64,000 bases of DNA from Octopus sinensis (Eukaryota), in contig NC_042997.1 in the NCBI RefSeq assembly GCF_006345805.1, positions 20,956,001-21,020,000 on the forward strand. The letters run 5' to 3'. A program made the position numbers and the translations under genes. Below are positions 1 through 13,439 of the stretch, in pieces. A model generated the notes under the pieces. That model did no database searches, was not told where the DNA came from, and worked only from the letters and a program-made list of their open reading frames with translations. Within the stretch, counting starts at the first letter, position 1. Every line of letters starts with the position of its first letter.

Positions 1-235
1 CTCTGTTAGTCTGTGTGACGGTAGCGATTATTGAAAAGTGAGGATTGATTGCCTTACATAGGCACAGTGATAGAAAGGAGGGTGAATGATTGGTGGGGAA
101 CAAACAGGGAGAATTTGTATAAGTAGATAGATAAATAAAATTAAAATAATGAACAAAAAAGACCCACATGTAGATAGGACATCACAAATTCAATTACTAC
201 ACCACCACTCTCCCCATCACCATTACCAGTTTCCC

Positions 236-2125
236 ACCTGCATTGAAACACTTGATCGGATCTTTCTAATGCACCTTATCGCCACTCATTGCAGACCTTT
301 ATGATCTTCATTTGCGAGATCCAGCTTCTTAGGAGCAGTCCCCACCACATAGTCTCACGTCTTCCTAGATCTCTCACTTTCTGATGTTCCATCTAGTACA
401 AGCATTCAGCACAAGTTCATGCAAATAACCCCAGCTCTCATGCATATCACATTTCCATACCAGCACATTTTTCTCTCATGTGCTCTAAATCTGACTTCTC
501 TTACACTCTACTGTCCTCTGTTATTTATGCCCCTTCGTTCATGCACACTAACATCACAAATCAAGCAGAACACACTTATTCCATTTCTTAACAGTTTTCA
601 CAACTTCTCTGCACTCAAGATCCAAACTTCAATACCATGCAACATCAGCATTCGTATACAAATGTCATACAATCTGCACAATCTACCATTCACTATGAGA
701 AAGAAATTGTTCGCTATCAGCAGTAACAGCTCCTTGGACTTAAACTTGTGGCTGCTATATTTTCGAAATACCTCGCCATTTTTAATAATATCACTTAGGT
801 AACACAACATTTCAATTATTTCTTAGGGCTTGGATCATTTTTCAAGTATACTGCTTGAAAGGTGCAGCTCTTTTAATTTTGGCTTCTTTCCTTGCTAACT
901 ATACATCACATGCTTAGCCATTTGTTACTGTTCTTTTACCCTCTCCTTCCTTTGTTTATTCTTCCAGCCTAGTTTCGTAGATTTTTATGTCTCTAACTAT
1001 GGGCAATATTTAGTTGGATCTGTATACCAACTAAATACTTTGTCTGAAGCTGACTGCAAGTTGTCTAGCAAAAGTATTCATTTGTACATGGTGTTATAAG
1101 TTTCGTTTTTCATTTTCCGTTTTTTCTTCTTTTTGTTTTTGTTCTTCCATCATGAATCTACAAATTTCTGAGTGGAGAGTTCTTTTCAAATCATCCTCCT
1201 CCAAGCAGTTTGTTTTACTGGATCCGTTTTGCTCTTGCTCTTAAGTTACTAATCATTGGTATATGTTATATGATATGTCTCTTCATTAGAGAAAGATTTC
1301 TGCGGCAGATTCTTTTGAAGCTACTGTTGCCACTGTAAGTCCTTTGAATCACGAAACTTAAAGGTTCCTCATTCATACACATTCTTATAGCCTCTGTGTA
1401 CACCCAAGAAGTCATCATGATATTGCCCAAAATGTACATTAAAGCCTTTAATGCAGATAAAGAAGTCACTATCATTCTATATTGTGGAGGCGCGTGGCTT
1501 AGTGTTTAGGGTGTTGAACTCATGATTGTAAGGTTGTGGTTTCGATTCCTGGACTGGGTGATGCGTTGTGTTCTTGAGCAAAACACTTCATTTCACGTTG
1601 CTCCAGTCCACTCAGCTGGCAAAAATGAGTAACACTGCAATGGACTGGTGTCCCGTCCAGCTGGGGAACACATATGCCATTGAAACCGGGAAACCGGGCC
1701 CACGAGCGTGGCTAGGCTTTAAAAGGGCGCATTTATTTATTATTATCATTCTATATTGGAGTAGTCTTTAGAATGGCCTGTTAAAAACAGTTCACTTTTT
1801 TTTTACATTTACATCCCCTTAATAAAGGTCACCATGCAGAGATAAAAGTCACTCACGTTACCCATGATTAGCTCCACTTAACTATTCTACCCATGCTAAG
1901 CTTACTTATTTTACTTTAATAACTTTATCTACCAAATTCTCTGCAAAAAAATATGTCTACTCCTTCAATATACTCCATTGCAGTTACCTTCACAGAAAAA
2001 TGTATACCTGTGTTTCTTGCCTGTGAGGAATCTGGCTGAGATTCCTCTCCATCTTACCTCTTGTACACCTCTACTTGACTTCACTCCAGCATCTCAACAA
2101 TATAGTTTTGGATGTTGAAGTACAT
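236..2125 (-). mobile_element. Decayed RTE-clade LINE (APE endonuclease plus RT C-terminus, internally deleted)
   Basis: Minus-strand translation gives APE-like segments (EVRWRGISARFLTGKKHRYTFF; KGFNVHFG at the DFN.HVG position) and RTE C-terminal motifs (GRLCRLYDICIRMLMLHGIEVW). It has many stops and frameshifts and is interrupted by the SINE at 1485-1743. Confidence 0.8.
1485..1743 (+). mobile_element. tRNA-derived SINE (family C) with 15-bp TSD
   Basis: A-box-like TGGCTTAGTG and B-box-like GGTTTCGATTCC are present. The exact direct repeat TATCATTCTATATTG flanks it at 1470-1484 and 1744-1758. Confidence 0.9.
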
Positions 2126-2851
2126 ACTTCAGTTTCATTCATTTTCATATAACATTTTCATATTAAAGAGGTGTGGTATGTTATAAAACAAGTCACATCT
2201 GCCTTTATCTACCTAACTTCTCCCCATCTTCGTTTATTTCTCCATGTGTTATTGACAAATATATTTTGATGAAAGTTCTGATATATTTTAAATTCAATTC
2301 TTTCTCGTTTTCCTCCGCATTTTTGCTTTGTTACTTATTTCCTTTTGTTTTTATGCTTCTGGTAGGGTTTTTTTTGTTTCGTTTATTTTGTTTAATTTCA
2401 AAGAAAAACTTTTACCATTGACAAGCAGCTGTGTCTGATATACTCATCTATCCTCTATAATCAATCATTCTCTCTACCAACCTAACTGATCACATGACTA
2501 CAATCAGTTTATTGAATTAGCTAAGTCAAGAAATACATAAATATATAAATAAATAAATAATTCAAATCAAATTTAAGGTGTAAAAGTTTGGAAGAGATTT
2601 TTTTTTCTCCACCTACATACTATTATTTTATTAAATAAAATACTCTCTGTTTTAAAAAAAAAATTGCTTTAAATCTGTTTTATATGTTTTATTTTTGCTT
2701 AAGTATTTTTATTACTTCAATTCCTTTGTCTCCATGTAGAGAATATAGATGCAGCTCTTTCGATTGAAATTTCTAATCAGATTTTATCCATGAAAACGAA
2801 GAAGAAAAATATAAATCTTGTTAGAATATTCAAAGTAATCAATATTATTAT

Positions 2852-3016
2852 TTATTCAATCCATTTCTCTTCCTTTTGAGCTTTTCTCTTTCTTGTTGTA
2901 GAACCGCATACTTCTTTTTTCATTCGTTTCACAGTTTGCGCTGTTTCTACTCTCATTATAACCTTTGCAACCTTCCTACTTAACAAATTCTTTAGGTTTT
3001 CGTCTCGGAGTAGAAC
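2852..3016 (-). CDS. Candidate terminal coding exon of an unidentified gene (VLLRDENLKNLLSRKVAKVIMRVETAQTVKRMKKEVCGSTTRKRKAQKEEKWIE*)
   Basis: Acceptor ttttatttgatttaacag is followed by 54 open codons to TAA in AT-rich, non-repeat DNA. No homology recognised. Confidence 0.35.
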   Translation of the reverse strand, partial: VLLRDENLKNLLSRKVAKVIMRVETAQTVKRMKKEVCGSTTRKRKAQKEEKWIE

Positions 3017-3937
3017 CTGTTAAATCAAATAAAATACCATTTACACAATAACCAAAGATTTGTCTATAACTTCAGCACTTTGTAAGGGTTGAAATTATGA
3101 CTTAAAGGGCTAGTAATAAAATTGACAATCATATTTAGAATATCTGATGTAGAGGTATAACAATTTGGGAACCTATTTTATTTTTCAGGGGGAATGAATT
3201 TATTTGTATTTTCAGGTCATAATAACAGTAACAACAATAAAGCACAATAGAGAAAAAAAAAGCATAAAACAAGTAAATACATTTTTATTCAGTGTATTCA
3301 ACAATTTCATATTTTAGTCATTGTTCTCTTGCATGACGCTACTAAATTGGATTTATATGGAAATTTTGATATTTTTTCTGCTTTCGAACATGACAGCTTA
3401 TTCTGTACACGAAGTTTCATTTGATTAATGCCTTTTTAGCATGCTTTGCAGTAACAAGTAGGTAGATATGTGTAGAAAATGCATAAAAGGGATTTTAAAC
3501 AATGAAGTGAACATAAGATATAAAACTCAGCATTCTCAAGGAGAAATATTGTCTAATTGGTTGTGAGTAACACAAAATAAAGAACAAGGGATATTACAAT
3601 ATATAATCAGATATGAAAGTTATATGTATTGATGTGTGATGAGAATTCCACATGTAATTGAAGCACTTGACAGTCAAAATGTTTCTAGTGGACAAAATTT
3701 TAGTTTAGGATGTTAACTGGAATTTCAATAAGTATAATGAATTTTAATTTAATCTTAATTTTGTGGATACAAGAATGAATTGGAGTAATTCAACAATAAT
3801 TTGTGATATTAGTTTTAAACAAATTTCAAAAGGACGAGGTGTAAAATGAGTGAAACAATCACCAATATATTTTTAATACTTATTTCATCAATCCTGAACA
3901 GATGAAAGAAAATGCCAGTCCAGAGAGGATTTGTGCT

Positions 3938-4214
3938 CACGATGCCAGCGCCGCCTGACTGGCATCCGTATCAGTGACACGTAAAAGCACCGACCGATTG
4001 TAGCCGTTTGCCAGCCTCCTCTGGCCCCTGTGCCAGTGGCACGTAAAAAGCACCCACTACACTCACAGAGTGGTTGGTGTTAGGAAGAGCATCCAGCTGT
4101 AGAAACACTGCCAGATCAGACTGGAACCTGGTGCAGCCTCCTGGCCTCCCAGACCCCGGTCCAACCATCCAACCCATGCTAGCATGGAAAACGGACGTTA
4201 AATGATGATGATGA
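3938..4214 (+). mobile_element. Family A: 5'-truncated RTE-LINE 3'UTR tail ending in (ATG)n
   Basis: Matches the 3'UTR joined to RTE coding sequence at 32385-33245. Ends ...CCAACCCATGCTAGCATGGAAAACGGACGTTAAATGATGATG. Confidence 0.85.
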
Positions 4215-4573
4215 ACGATTGAACAGAAAAGCATTTATGAATTTTCCAGATATTGAATCCATAAATTTACTACCTTCAAAGGATTAATAAATAAAGGAAA
4301 TTTATCAGAGATTCAATATAAAAATATTCAATTCATTTAATAATATGTACCAACTGGCACATATTTGTTGATATCTAAGTAACCAATATACAATATGCAT
4401 ATAATGAGTTAAGGGACCTCTAAATATATTCTGTGAGGACAAGGACTCTCATACATTACTGTTTTTGCATTGCAAAATGAAAATATTCGTTTTTCATCTA
4501 TGTGTTTTCCTTCATTACAAGATGATTTCTAGATTGTGGAAAGATAACTGAGTTCCTTTATTCCATGCTATTA

Positions 4574-4945
4574 TCATCATCATCATCATCGTTTAACGTT
4601 CGCTTTCCATGCTAGCATGGGTTGGACGATTTGACTGAGGTCTTGCGAACCAGATGGCTGCACCAGACTCCAGTCTGATCTGGCAGAGTTTCTACAGCTG
4701 GATGCCCTTCCTAACGCCAACCAGTCCAAGAGTGTAGTGGATGCTTTTACGTCCCACTGGCACAAAGGCCAGTCAGACGGTACTGGCAATGGCCATGCTC
4801 AGATGGTGCTTTTTATGTGCCACTTGCACAGAAGCCAGTCCAGCATCACTGGCAACGACCTCGCTTCCAATGTTTTTCACATGCCACCATCACAGGTGCT
4901 AGTAAGGCAATGCAGATAATGATCATGCTCAAATGGTGTTTTAAT
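4574..4945 (-). mobile_element. Family A RTE 3'UTR tail (inverted relative to 3938-4214)
   Basis: (CAT)n followed by the reverse complement of the same family A consensus. Confidence 0.85.
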
Positions 4946-5853
4946 CCGTGTTTAAAATGAAAATAACTGTAATGCAATCTTAAAATCATCCTAGAGTATG
5001 CCCACAATAAAGACAAGATGATCATCTCTATAATGCTCATTGAATAATTATTCAATCAGCTACTTCTGCTTCATAGCTCATGCAAAGCTAATAGACATTA
5101 CTCACAAATGATAATTACATTAACATGCAGTAAGTATTACAGCATATCAAACCTTGAAGCATGGGATAAGTCCACAAAATTTATTTCTTGATCACACTAT
5201 TTAATGGGTTGTATCATGTGTTTGTGAATTAATATCTATTTCAGTTACAAAACAAGTAGCCAGTTATATAACTATTCATCTAAAGACACATTTTGGAAAG
5301 CAGCATTGAATAAAAAGCAAGAGAAAATAATACTGCTTTAACTGCAATGAAAGAAGCACATTAATTTATGATAATGACTACAATATTTGAATTGGATTTT
5401 TAAAATTAATTTTATTAGAAGAAAAAGAGAAACATTTGTTTTATGTTCTGTTGAGTTTGTCTGGAATATTTAACTAGTTATCATAGTCAAGTTGTTCGTG
5501 AATAAATCTATTGAAAGTACTTTATTTTTTTTTATAGTCTGCATTGGAATGAAGTGTAATTTAAAATAGAAATATAACAGATATTTTTTAAAATTCCAAC
5601 AATCTTTATTAATCTTAAAATTCTATTGAATTGCATTGCATTTTTTTATATTGATTTTTTAATCATGCAATAAGGTTTTCATTTTTGCTTCTAATGAGTT
5701 CCAATTGTGCATAAAACTGTCTTCTTTGTATAATATATCAAAGAGAATATTCTCGTAAAATGAAAGATAATCTTTATGCTATCTTTTCAATGGAGTGGTT
5801 TTACAGCAAATGCACCAACTCAAGTGGGGTTTCCAAATGATTTCTGTACTTAC

Positions 5854-5878
5854 ATTTTCTGGCATTGAAGATGGCCCT
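5854..5878 (-). CDS. Candidate 25-nt micro-exon
   Basis: tactcttctgttttag|AGGGCCATCTTCAATGCCAGAAAAT|gtaagt. Both splice sites are near consensus; there is no expression evidence. Confidence 0.3.
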
Positions 5879-6682
5879 CTAAAACAGAAGAGTACATGTT
5901 AACAAAGTCAAAACAGCTGTGTTTTTGTAGTCAAATGTATGTTATGTCATTATTCCATAACATATTTTTCCTAAAGTAAGAAGTAATAGAAGCCTGATTC
6001 AACACTATCTCCTATGTTGTTCACAATGTAGTAACATATAACGGATTGATAAATTTTTAATCATTCATGAAATGAACAGCAATGATATGATATGAAAAAG
6101 AACAAGAGACAGAATATCAGGAAGAACTTTGATAATGCATTTAGGTACTGCATGGAAACATGAATGATGAACAGTTGCTTAATTAAAAAAATATCCAAAC
6201 AAGAAAATATGAGAGACAATTTGGTGCTTTTATGATATGACATTTAGATGAATATTTTGTTTTCATTAACATTATTCTTAGTTCTAACTCATGTTCATAA
6301 AATCATTTACATAATCAAACAATGATACATATTTAGGCATCAAAATGAAAGAAAATTTATCAACATGAAATTTCTATGAGCCCTGCTTGTTATAATAATG
6401 TATTTATATCTCGATGAAAATTTTCATCTACAAGAAAGTGAGATCTACATGTGGTAGCACTGAGTGGGATATTACTGTATATACGTGCAACATGTGGAGT
6501 TTAAATAAAACATGAATCATCATGAAAAAGTAAAGTTTGTAAAAGGGGTGAAATATAAAAAAAAGACACAATAAAAATCAAAATCTGGTGAATGAGGACA
6601 CTGGAAGATGGGCAAAAGAGCAAGAATTTTTCAAACCTGATAGGAAAGTTTGTAAGGCTGCTAATAGCTGTGAAGAACTTAC

Positions 6683-6722
6683 TTATGGTAGAGTTATGGA
6701 TTAAGGATGTAGAGCGAGCCAT
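6683..6722 (-). CDS. Candidate 40-nt exon
   Basis: ccttacatttttacag|ATGGCTCGCTCTACATCCTTAATCCATAACTCTACCATAA|gtaagt. Confidence 0.3.
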
Positions 6723-7764
6723 CTGTAAAAATGTAAGGAGCTCACATTTGATAGGCAAAGCATAGAAACAACTCTCTTATTGTCAGAAAGAACCAATCTC
6801 TAATGCAAGTTTTAATAATCACACAGGTATTGTTTATTCACTCAAAAATCTGTTTTCTTGAGACAAATAAACTTCAAGTTGTTGGATAGTCTTCTAGTAA
6901 GATGATAATTTAGCCAGTCATGCACACCTATCATATATTGTATATTTTCTGCTTTTTCACAATAATGAATAAATTTTCAAGTGACTGGTGAAGAGTTTGC
7001 TTCAGCATCTTGACCCTGCATTTAAAAGTGAAGCTTCAAGGTTTAAATAATTGAAAATACTTAAGAACTTTAGATGCTAAAATTGTTATACAACTTTTGA
7101 TTAGGTAATATACCTGCATTGTTAAGAAAAGTAACATCAATGACAATTATAGGATTTATGTAAATACTTTGTTAGAGTCTATGATATTTAAATATTTCAG
7201 CTAATTTTTTTCACATGTTGAAACCAGATGTTCTTGTCTCAGCATCCCATTAATTTCTATGGTGGAAATGTGATCAATTTTAGGTATTTACTGATGTGCA
7301 CTTAAGTATGTGATATTTAAGCAATATTTAACATTTAAATTGGTTAACATGTAAATCCTCGCAGGGTGTTCTTAAAAGGATGGGCATTTCAATTGGATTG
7401 CTATAGAGCAATGGTTCTCAAACTGGCAAATACCAGCCTGCATCCCAATTTTAGTGAAAAATTTCCCCTTTCCCTCTGTTTATTTAATGACAAGTAAGAA
7501 CAGAGTTTGTATCCATATGATTAATTATTCTCCTATTATCATAGTGTTGGGCAACTTTAAAACAATTTTGATTTTATTGAATACAATTTGTCTGTCTCTT
7601 TTCAATACTTGTAGCCACCTTCCAAGGAGAGGAGCTCTCCAGCCATGAGTAAAACTATTATAGAGCATTCTTTGCTTGTATTATCTCTTTGTGTAGGTGA
7701 ATTATCAAATATATATATATGTGTATATAGTTATGGTGACATATCTATAGTAACTATTGATGTG

Positions 7765-8059
7765 TGGAGGCACATGGCCTAGTGGTTAGAGTAGCAGACT
7801 CATGGTCGAGGGATCATGGGTTTGAATCTGAGACCGGGCGATGTGTGTGTTTATGAACGAAACACCTAAGCTCCACGTGGCTCTGGCAGAAGGTAAGAGC
7901 GAACTTCTGCTGACTCTTTCACCACAATTTTCTCTCATTCTTTCCTCCTACATCTTGCAGCTCACTTGCGACGGACCAGCGTCCCATCCAGGTGGGGAAC
8001 CTATACACCAAAGAAACCGGGAAACTGGCCCTTATGAGCCAGGCATGGCTCAAGAAGGA
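7765..8059 (+). mobile_element. tRNA-derived SINE (family C-related) with 13-bp TSD
   Basis: A-box TGGCCTAGTGG and B-box-like GGTTTGAATC. The 3' part is shared with 1485-1743. TSD AACTATTGA(T/C)GTG at 7752-7764 and 8060-8072. Confidence 0.88.
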
Positions 8060-8194
8060 AACTATTGACGTGATGGCAGTATACTCAAACAGATTTGCCA
8101 CTTCACCATCAACTGAAGCCTCACAGACTGACTGAGGCTTGTATTCTTTTGTACAAATGTTAGCTAATTGACATTGCTACAAATGGGCAGTTAA

Positions 8195-8475
8195 CTTAAT
8201 CAACTCTACTTGGTTAGTACATTATTTTATCTAACACTGGCAGAAAGAAAAGCAAAGTTGGCTTTGGCAGGATTTGAACTCAGAAAGTAAAGGACTAACC
8301 ACCACATTGATTACTATAAATAATATATATTGATGTAGGAAACAATGTAATTCCTGTTTGTGTTACATATTATTGCTTAACTAAATCATTCTGTTATATG
8401 TTTTATATTTTTACTTTTTACTTTTTATTTCTTTAAGTCATTAGACTGCGGCCATGCTGGGGCACCATCTTGAAG
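8195..8475 (-). mobile_element. Degraded SINE fragments (family D at ~8195-8295, family B 3' end at ~8405-8475)
   Basis: Partial matches to the better-preserved copies elsewhere in the window. Confidence 0.6.
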
Positions 8476-8519
8476 AAATTTTAGTGATTTCAGGAATATT
8501 GGATTTAAGGATAGGGATT

Positions 8520-9160
8520 TAAGGAATATTGGCTGCATATTACGTGGGAAACCTGGACAAACAAGCAAAGCCATTTTCACTGCCTCTGGATTCATGTACC
8601 AAAACACCACCAGAAATCGTATCCTCGGGACCATGGCTTTCATGCGAGATTCCCTGAAACTGCCTCCTTTAATGCCCCATCACAGGAGTTTGAGACTTCA
8701 ATGGGCTCAAAAGTACATGATGTTAGACATGAGTTGTGTTTGTTCACTGACAAAACCAGGGTGACCCTTGACAGACTTGACGGTTGGGCAAATGGTTGGG
8801 TCTATTTTGAAGATGGACATCACCAATGTTTGCGATGTCAGCAATAGGGTGGAGGAATCATGTTGTAGGCTGGTATCATTGGGAACAGACTTGGTGGCCC
8901 AGGCAGGGTGCCTGAAGGGGTTAAAGTGACCACAGCTGCCTACTGCAATCTCCTGAAAGAGGTCTTGGATCCCTGACTAGATGACATATCACTGTCACTT
9001 CTAAGGAATCTCGTATTCATGCATGACAATGCTCCCTCCCACTCTGCTAGGAGCACCCAAACATTACTAGGGTCTTATGACATACAAGGTGAAAGGTTGA
9101 TAGTGTGGCTGCCAGCATCTCTGGATCTCAAACCGATCAAAAATCTTTGGTCTATAGTGG
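8520..9160 (+). mobile_element. Tc1-like transposase remnant, DD37E (TRT-type)
   Basis: Translates to FTDKTRVTLDRLDGWANGWVY, GGGIML*AGII, FMHDNAPSH and WLPASLDLKPIKNLWSIV. There are 37 codons between D (9025-9027) and the E position (9139-9141, now AAA/K). Confidence 0.85.
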
Positions 9161-10324
9161 TTATAGACTTTAGCAACAGCAGTATGACGTAATATTTGTA
9201 TCGGCTGTCTTTTATTTATAAATGTCTTATAGTTTTTCGTAGGTCAATTTTATTGTTCCCCATGACAATGTTCTTTCTAATGGAAAAGCCGTCTAGGATT
9301 GGGTTTACAGAAGTTATTTAAACCCAGATTTTTGGGAAATGACTTAGTGACACTTGGTTGACACATGGGACCTTATCACTCATTTCTACAATGCTGTTTT
9401 GCATTGTCCATTATTCATGTCACGCTATTCTCAACCTGATAGTGTAGTTTAAAGAACTAGCTAGATCCTGTCATCATTCTCATGACAGATGCCTTTTTAA
9501 AATGTTTACTTCAAATATATTATGTACTACAATTTTTCCATCATGATTATGTCATGAGGAATTCACTGTTTATATTTTTACTACTTTCTGTAGATAAATG
9601 ATTAGGGTTAAATCTAGTCCATTCTTCTCTTTTGTATAATGTGTATGAACTTCATCGTATGTTAATAAGGAAAAATGAATTAGTTTAAGATTAATTTGCA
9701 TGCACCCCTATGGAGATATATTCAAACTGTTGTCAGTACGAGAAAATACAGTCAACCCAGTATGATGAAACTAAATAACATTTTCAGAATAAACATAACT
9801 TCTTAAATTTACTTCCGCAGTTATTTTCATCTTGCTATCGAACACACTTTCTTATCCTATTTGAACTGTTGTATAACCGTGCAAGTGAAATGTCGGTTTT
9901 CTTCAACATATATGTTGAGCATGGCTAAAAGTATATATTACACATATGTGTTCTGCATACACCTCTATACTCCTTCTCGCAACTAGGTCATTAAGACAGA
10001 GCAATGTTTACCAATATGTATATATATTATATGTATACATAATTATACTCAAATCTATATGAACGATCATAACCTGTAACTTGTCAAAATGCAGCCAAAC
10101 CTAATGTTTATAACTGATGACATATATACTTACAACAGTTAGCAGTTATAGTTGGTGACAACTGGACATTAGAAGCTGTTATAGGTCCATCATTAAACAT
10201 GATGTTTATGCTGATGGACGCCAATTTATGTCAAAAGATGTCTTATGAGCTACCATCAAAGCTGCAGCAGTTTGAGTTAGGAATTTCATGACTCGGGAGG
10301 TTGATTGTGGTGGGGGTGGAGGGG

Positions 10325-11010
10325 GAGTCATGAATTTCATTTTCACTGGCTACTCCAGATGTTTGCACTCTATACACTGCCTTTTGGATCCTGGCTTTCA
10401 AAGTGATGGACTCAGGTCTCATCTCATCGTCATCGTTGTAGTGGTCAAGTAAGCACTGACAGATCTCCACATGATTGTGCTCATGTGCTTCAGTATGATA
10501 TCTTGACCCCCATCTTGCACAGACTTTACGAATCATTTGGGGGTCATTTATTATACAGAACCATGACTAGTTTGCATATAACATGCCTCTTCATCAATGG
10601 TCAGTTGATGGTTCACCAGAACCATCTCTCATATTTGTTAAACCTTCATATCAGTGATGGAGGGTGATGGATGCTTCACACTTGTAGGGTCATTTAAAAA
10701 CTTCTTGATCCACTCATACTACTCCACAGTAGAGCACTTTCCCCATATTGTTCTGAAAGCCTGCAATGAATTTCTTTTTCTGACACAACTTCAGACCAGA
10801 CAAATCAGATCACTGATCTGTTCTCCCTTGGTCCATTCTGCCAGCAGAGCAGCCATGTTTACTCTGCAACACAAAAAGAAAAACTGGAGTGATCATGGTT
10901 AAATCTCGATTACGTAACCACTAGAGTATCGGCTTTTAGTACAAGAGCACTGAAAGCAGAGCAGCCGATCTAAAGAAAGATTTTGTGAAAGTGTGGATAA
11001 TATTTGACCC
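10325..11010 (-). mobile_element. mariner transposase remnant (HTH domain and first catalytic region)
   Basis: Translates to YEWIKKF, VNHQLTIDE, MIRKVCARW and DET*VHHFES, with stops and frameshifts. Confidence 0.75.
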
Positions 11011-12289
11011 GCCTTTTTTTTGTGTATTGAATATTCAAAGACCCATCTACCTAACGTTTTTAATGCAGGGGCATCATTGGATTTTTAAAATTTCTGAACG
11101 AATTTTTCTTCTGTACAAAAAAAAAAAGAAAGACATTTGTTACTACTGATATTGTTTAGATCCAACTCAATCCTGATAAAACAAGATTTTGAAGGAAGTT
11201 TTCTGGTTATGTTCATCCTGTCTCTGTATATCAGTGATTAGATAATCCAATTTCCCCTCCTTTTTTTTCCTTTTGAGATAGTAAAATGTGATTCGAAAGA
11301 GATTTGTCTCTTTATTTCTAGGAAATTCAGTGATTGTATAGAATGGCTCTAATATACTTCTCTACACTTTCTAGGTGAATCATTCAGCACTAGTAAAGCA
11401 ATCAAAGATTGATTATATTTTGCTGATGATAACAAAAAAGAGAAGAAACAACCGAAATTAGTCACCATAGGAAAATGAAAAAGTGGTATTAATAATCAAT
11501 AAAAAAGTTATGTTAATAATCATCAAAAAATATTAATTTTTGTCTCACTGCATATTTATTTCTAGTTACATGCATTAAGCATGCTAACACGCTCCTAAAT
11601 TCTAGCTGTCTTAATGCAGCGGTTCTTAATCTGTGTCCCCATTGCCTTAGAGTGTTATTGAGATGTTGCAATCAATTGTCAGATAGTAAAACGAGTAGAT
11701 CTATCTTTTATTAGTGAATAAATCTTATTCATGTGGGAACAATAAAAAGACAGAGAAAGTTCAATGCTGAACGTTTATCTAAGTGGTTGCATAATTCGTT
11801 CCCTTTTCACTCGTTCAAAATGCTGCCAAATGGAATGAGGTTTATAGAGATATGGTGATTTTTATTTATAATACATTATTATTTCCTCTGAAATAATAAT
11901 AGATGTCATAAATAAACTATAACGAGTCATTTATATTGATTTCTTACATTGTCTGAAGGAAATAACGGGCGCTGTAAGTTTTCTAACGATCACAAACACA
12001 GCATGGAGAAATAGAAATGATGTACGCAAGTGGGACCAATGCAAAATACATTCTACAGTTCTACATGTCTCAGATCAATTCTTCTTCATACTATATTATA
12101 CAGTGAAAAGGTGCATGAAAGTTAAAAGCCTTTTTTATGGATTCACCTATGGCAGTGGCTGTATTTAACTTTTAAAATGTTATACCAAACACGCTGAATC
12201 TGTTGATCATACATGTAAATATTCCAAAGGTTTTCTTTCTAAAATAATGGAATGTGAAGATATAAACAGAATGCCAAAATATTATAATT

Positions 12290-13420
12290 GCAGACAGGAA
12301 GGATATTTGAAGGCTTTCTTAATCTAAGGACAATTGCCTAATCAAACCAGGTAACGACAATAAATCCACTATCGCAACACATACAATCACAGTAACAAGA
12401 ACAGAATAATGAGGGATGCAAATACCTACGAGTACTGCAAAACGATAGGATAATGGAAGAAGAAATGAGATATTCTCTAATGAGTATTAGAGGAGAATTA
12501 GGAAGCTGCTTAAAATAAAATTAAATAATGGAAATAATATCATAGCAATAAATACTTGGGCTTTGCCAGTAGTGAGATACTGTGCTCCGTCTCTGAAATG
12601 GACAAAAGTCAAGTAACAGAACATGAACAGAAGAGCTAGAAAGCTGTTCAAAATGCACAACACACACCAACCTAAAAGTAATACCTACACATGAAGGAAG
12701 GAAGCAGAGGATTAGAAAACATAGAAGATATTGTTAGAATGTGATATTGGGGTTGAAAATTTATGTTGTATTGAATGAAGAAAGAACACTATAGGCTGCT
12801 AGAGATGCCCAAAGTGCTACTGAAACAGTTGGAGAATTCAAGAATACAGGTAAGAACTGCAGAGCAATAAAATGGAAAGAAATGGAATTATGAGGTTAAT
12901 TCATGCAACAATCTGAGAATGTTGGAAGCAAAGATTGCTGGATCTTACTGATGAATGAAAACCTGAAAACAAAGACCAAAGCAGTAAGTATAGCCACTCA
13001 GAAATTAGCCTTTAGAACAAATCTGATACTGGCAAAGATCAACAAGCTCAACTGGACAGCAAATGTAGAATCTACAGGAAAGGAGACAAAAGCATCGATC
13101 AACTCTTGAATGATTGCAGTATACTAGCACAAAAAGAACATAAGTGCAGACATGACTATGTAGATAAAAAGTGCATTGGCATATTAGACCAGGGTGTAAC
13201 TTCGAAATAACAGCATGAACATGGACCAGAGGCTGCGACAGAGAACAAAAATTACATAAATACTGACCAAACTATTAAAGCAAAAGACCAAATATGATTA
13301 TAAAGGACAAAACAGACAGTGTAATGGCTAGCATTGTACCATAAGCTGCAGGAAGTAAGCTCGTTCTACATGCAAGACTCCAGGAGCTCCAACAAAACCT
13401 GTGATAAAGAGATAAAAATA
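12290..13420 (+). mobile_element. Decayed R4/Dong-like (RLE) non-LTR retrotransposon, 3' part
   Basis: Translates to RRIRKLLKIKLNNGNNIIAINTWALPVVRY, HMKEGSRGLENIED and the degenerate CCHC region CRIYRKGDKSIDQLLNDCSILAQKEHKCRHD. The 3' end GCAAGACTCCAGGAGCTCCAACAAAACCTGTGATAAAGAG is shared with the element at 39007. Confidence 0.8.
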
Positions 13421-13439
13421 AGAATGGAAAAAGACTAAA

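Noticed and set aside
5855-5872. 17/18-nt match to 45972-45989 (both encode IFNARK on the minus strand)
   Set aside because: Matches of this length are expected by chance in 64 kb of AT-rich DNA, and the flanks do not extend.
7410-7435. hAT-like terminal motifs (CAATGGTTCTCAAAC; also CAGCGGTTCTTAATC at ~11616)
   Set aside because: No matching opposite terminus or 8-bp TSD was found, and the motifs are too short to call.
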